DNA of 64,000 nt from Mobula hypostoma. Its lineage: Eukaryota. Where the stretch lies: contig NC_086097.1 of the NCBI RefSeq assembly GCF_963921235.1, positions 254,698,001 to 254,762,000 of the forward strand, read 5' to 3'. Below, one piece after another: positions 62,620 through 64,000 of the stretch. Positions within the stretch are counted from its first letter, which is position 1, and the number at the start of each line of letters is the position of its first letter. The position numbers were made by a program, and so were the translations under genes. The notes under the pieces were generated by a model that was given only the letters and a program-made list of their open reading frames with translations, made no database searches and had not been told where the DNA came from.

Positions 62620-62880
62620 CACATAGCTCAGAGTCGTCCCTTTCAGCCCTTTGAGCCACGCAACCAGCAACCCTGATCTAATCCTTGCCTAATCACGGGA
62701 CAATTTATAATCATCAACTAACCTACCAACTGGTATCTCTTTGGATTGTGGGAGGAAACCAGAGCACCTGGAGGAAACCCACACAGTTACAGTGAGAACG
62801 TACAAACTCCTTACAGACAGCAGCTGGAACTAAACCCGTGTAAAGCGTGCGCTAACCACTACAACAACTTGCCACCCCAA
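62620..62880 (-). mobile_element. V-SINE remnant
   Basis: Same V-domain at about 62740-62812. Confidence 0.75.
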
Positions 62881-62937
62881 TCAGTGGAAACAAGGAACCC
62901 CTCTGTCCATTAAATCATTTCACTCAACTCCAGCAGT

Positions 62938-63486
62938 TATAGAACATAGAACAGTACAGCACAGTACAGGCCCTTCAGCCCACAATGTTGTACCGACCCT
63001 CAAACCCTGCCTTCCATATAAGCCCCCACCTTAAATTCCTCCATATACCTGTCTAGTTGTCTCCTAAACTTCACGAGTGTATCTGCCTCCACCACTGATT
63101 CAGGCAGTGCATTCCACGCACCAACCACTCTCTGAGTAAAAAACCTTCCTCTAATATCCCCCTTAAACTCCCCACCCCTTATCTCAAAGCCATGTCATCT
63201 TGTATTGAGCAGTGGTGCCCTGGGGAAGAGGTGCTGGCTATCCACTCTATCTATTCCTCTTATTATCTTGTACACCTCTATCATGTCTCCTCTCATCCTC
63301 CTTCTCTCCAAAGAGTAAAGCCCTAGCTCCCTTAATCTCTGATCATAATGCATACTCTCTAAACCAGGCAGCATCCTGGTAAATCTCCTCTGTACCCTTT
63401 CCAATGCTTCCACATCCTTCCTATAGTGAATATAGAAAACCATATGCAAACCATAACACCAGCAACAACAATGCCAAGCACTGAAA
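62938..63486 (-). mobile_element. 5'-truncated copy of the same linker-bearing CR1 derivative
   Basis: Near-identical to 46021-46567, including the linker. Confidence 0.85.
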
Positions 63487-63498
63487 CAATTCCCAAGG

Positions 63499-63719
63499 GA
63501 ACAACAGGAATTCTGCAGATGCTGGAAATTCAAGCAACATACATCAAAGTTGCTGGTGAACGCAGCAGGCCAAGCAGCATCTATAGGAAGAGGCGCAGTC
63601 GACGTTTCAGGCCGAGACCCTTCGTCAGGAGGGTCTCGGCCTGAAACGTCGACTGCGCCTCTTCCTATAGATGCTGCTTGGCCTGCTGCGTTCACCAGCA
63701 ACTTTGATGTATGTTGCTT
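63499..63719. mobile_element. Penelope-like element F, palindromic mini-copy
   Basis: 12-bp TSD caattcccaagg (63487, 63720); perfect 90-bp inverted arms 63532-63621 and 63630-63719. Confidence 0.93.
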
Positions 63720-64000
63720 CAATTCCCAAGGAATCCCATTTGTGTTGCTTCCAAGAATGAACATGATGCAATGCTAATAGTTTGAATTTAGGTTTTGCAG
63801 TTCACTGCCCTTCCTTGCAAACAGGGTGTTGGGGGATTGGGCAGGGTGCTGCAAGAATGCAAAAAAAAAGATTACAGGAGAAACATGACTAAAGATGAGC
63901 AGGAACTCAAATATATTAAGTCCACAGCAAGGTTCTGTTGAAACAATAGTGGACTCAATAAGATTTGGAGTTAGCTGGTGAATCTTGATTTGGGGTCAGA

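Noticed and set aside
8944..63777. Recurrent MLVNAAGQAAS... ORFs
   Set aside because: Antisense translations of the PLE 3' UTR, not genes.

Overview
Repeat-dense vertebrate genomic DNA. The CR1, V-SINE, Rex1 and Penelope repertoire suggests a cartilaginous fish, probably a ray (inference). One host gene was reconstructed by hand: a minus-strand TMEM71 orthologue with 8 coding exons from the ATG at 41020 down to about 15.8 kb, with GT-AG sites and compatible phases. Most of the rest is nested retroelements: many CR1 fragments, Rex1/Babar LINEs, an intact full-length L1 (22595-28504; ORF1 and ORF2 open, ~18-20 bp TSD), a 5'-truncated relative of that L1, a Tx1-like remnant, two solo LTRs, V-SINE remnants and a Sleeping Beauty-like Tc1 right end. 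There are also six young Penelope-like (GIY-YIG) insertions that carry minimal hammerhead ribozyme motifs; four of them have fold-back inverted arms. Main points of interest: (1) the Penelope fold-back/hammerhead architecture, including a perfect 90-bp hairpin whose loop is the ribozyme core, and two insertions at the same CR1 site; (2) the L1 inter-ORF spacer, which combines a strong 3' splice site, an inverted copy of the element's 5' end and a uORF ending just before ORF2; (3) an SB-like transposon that may be horizontally acquired; (4) an RT-deleted CR1 derivative present twice; (5) TE insertions touching the last TMEM71 exons. Family and gene assignments come from recalled motifs, not database searches, and boundaries of old repeats are approximate.
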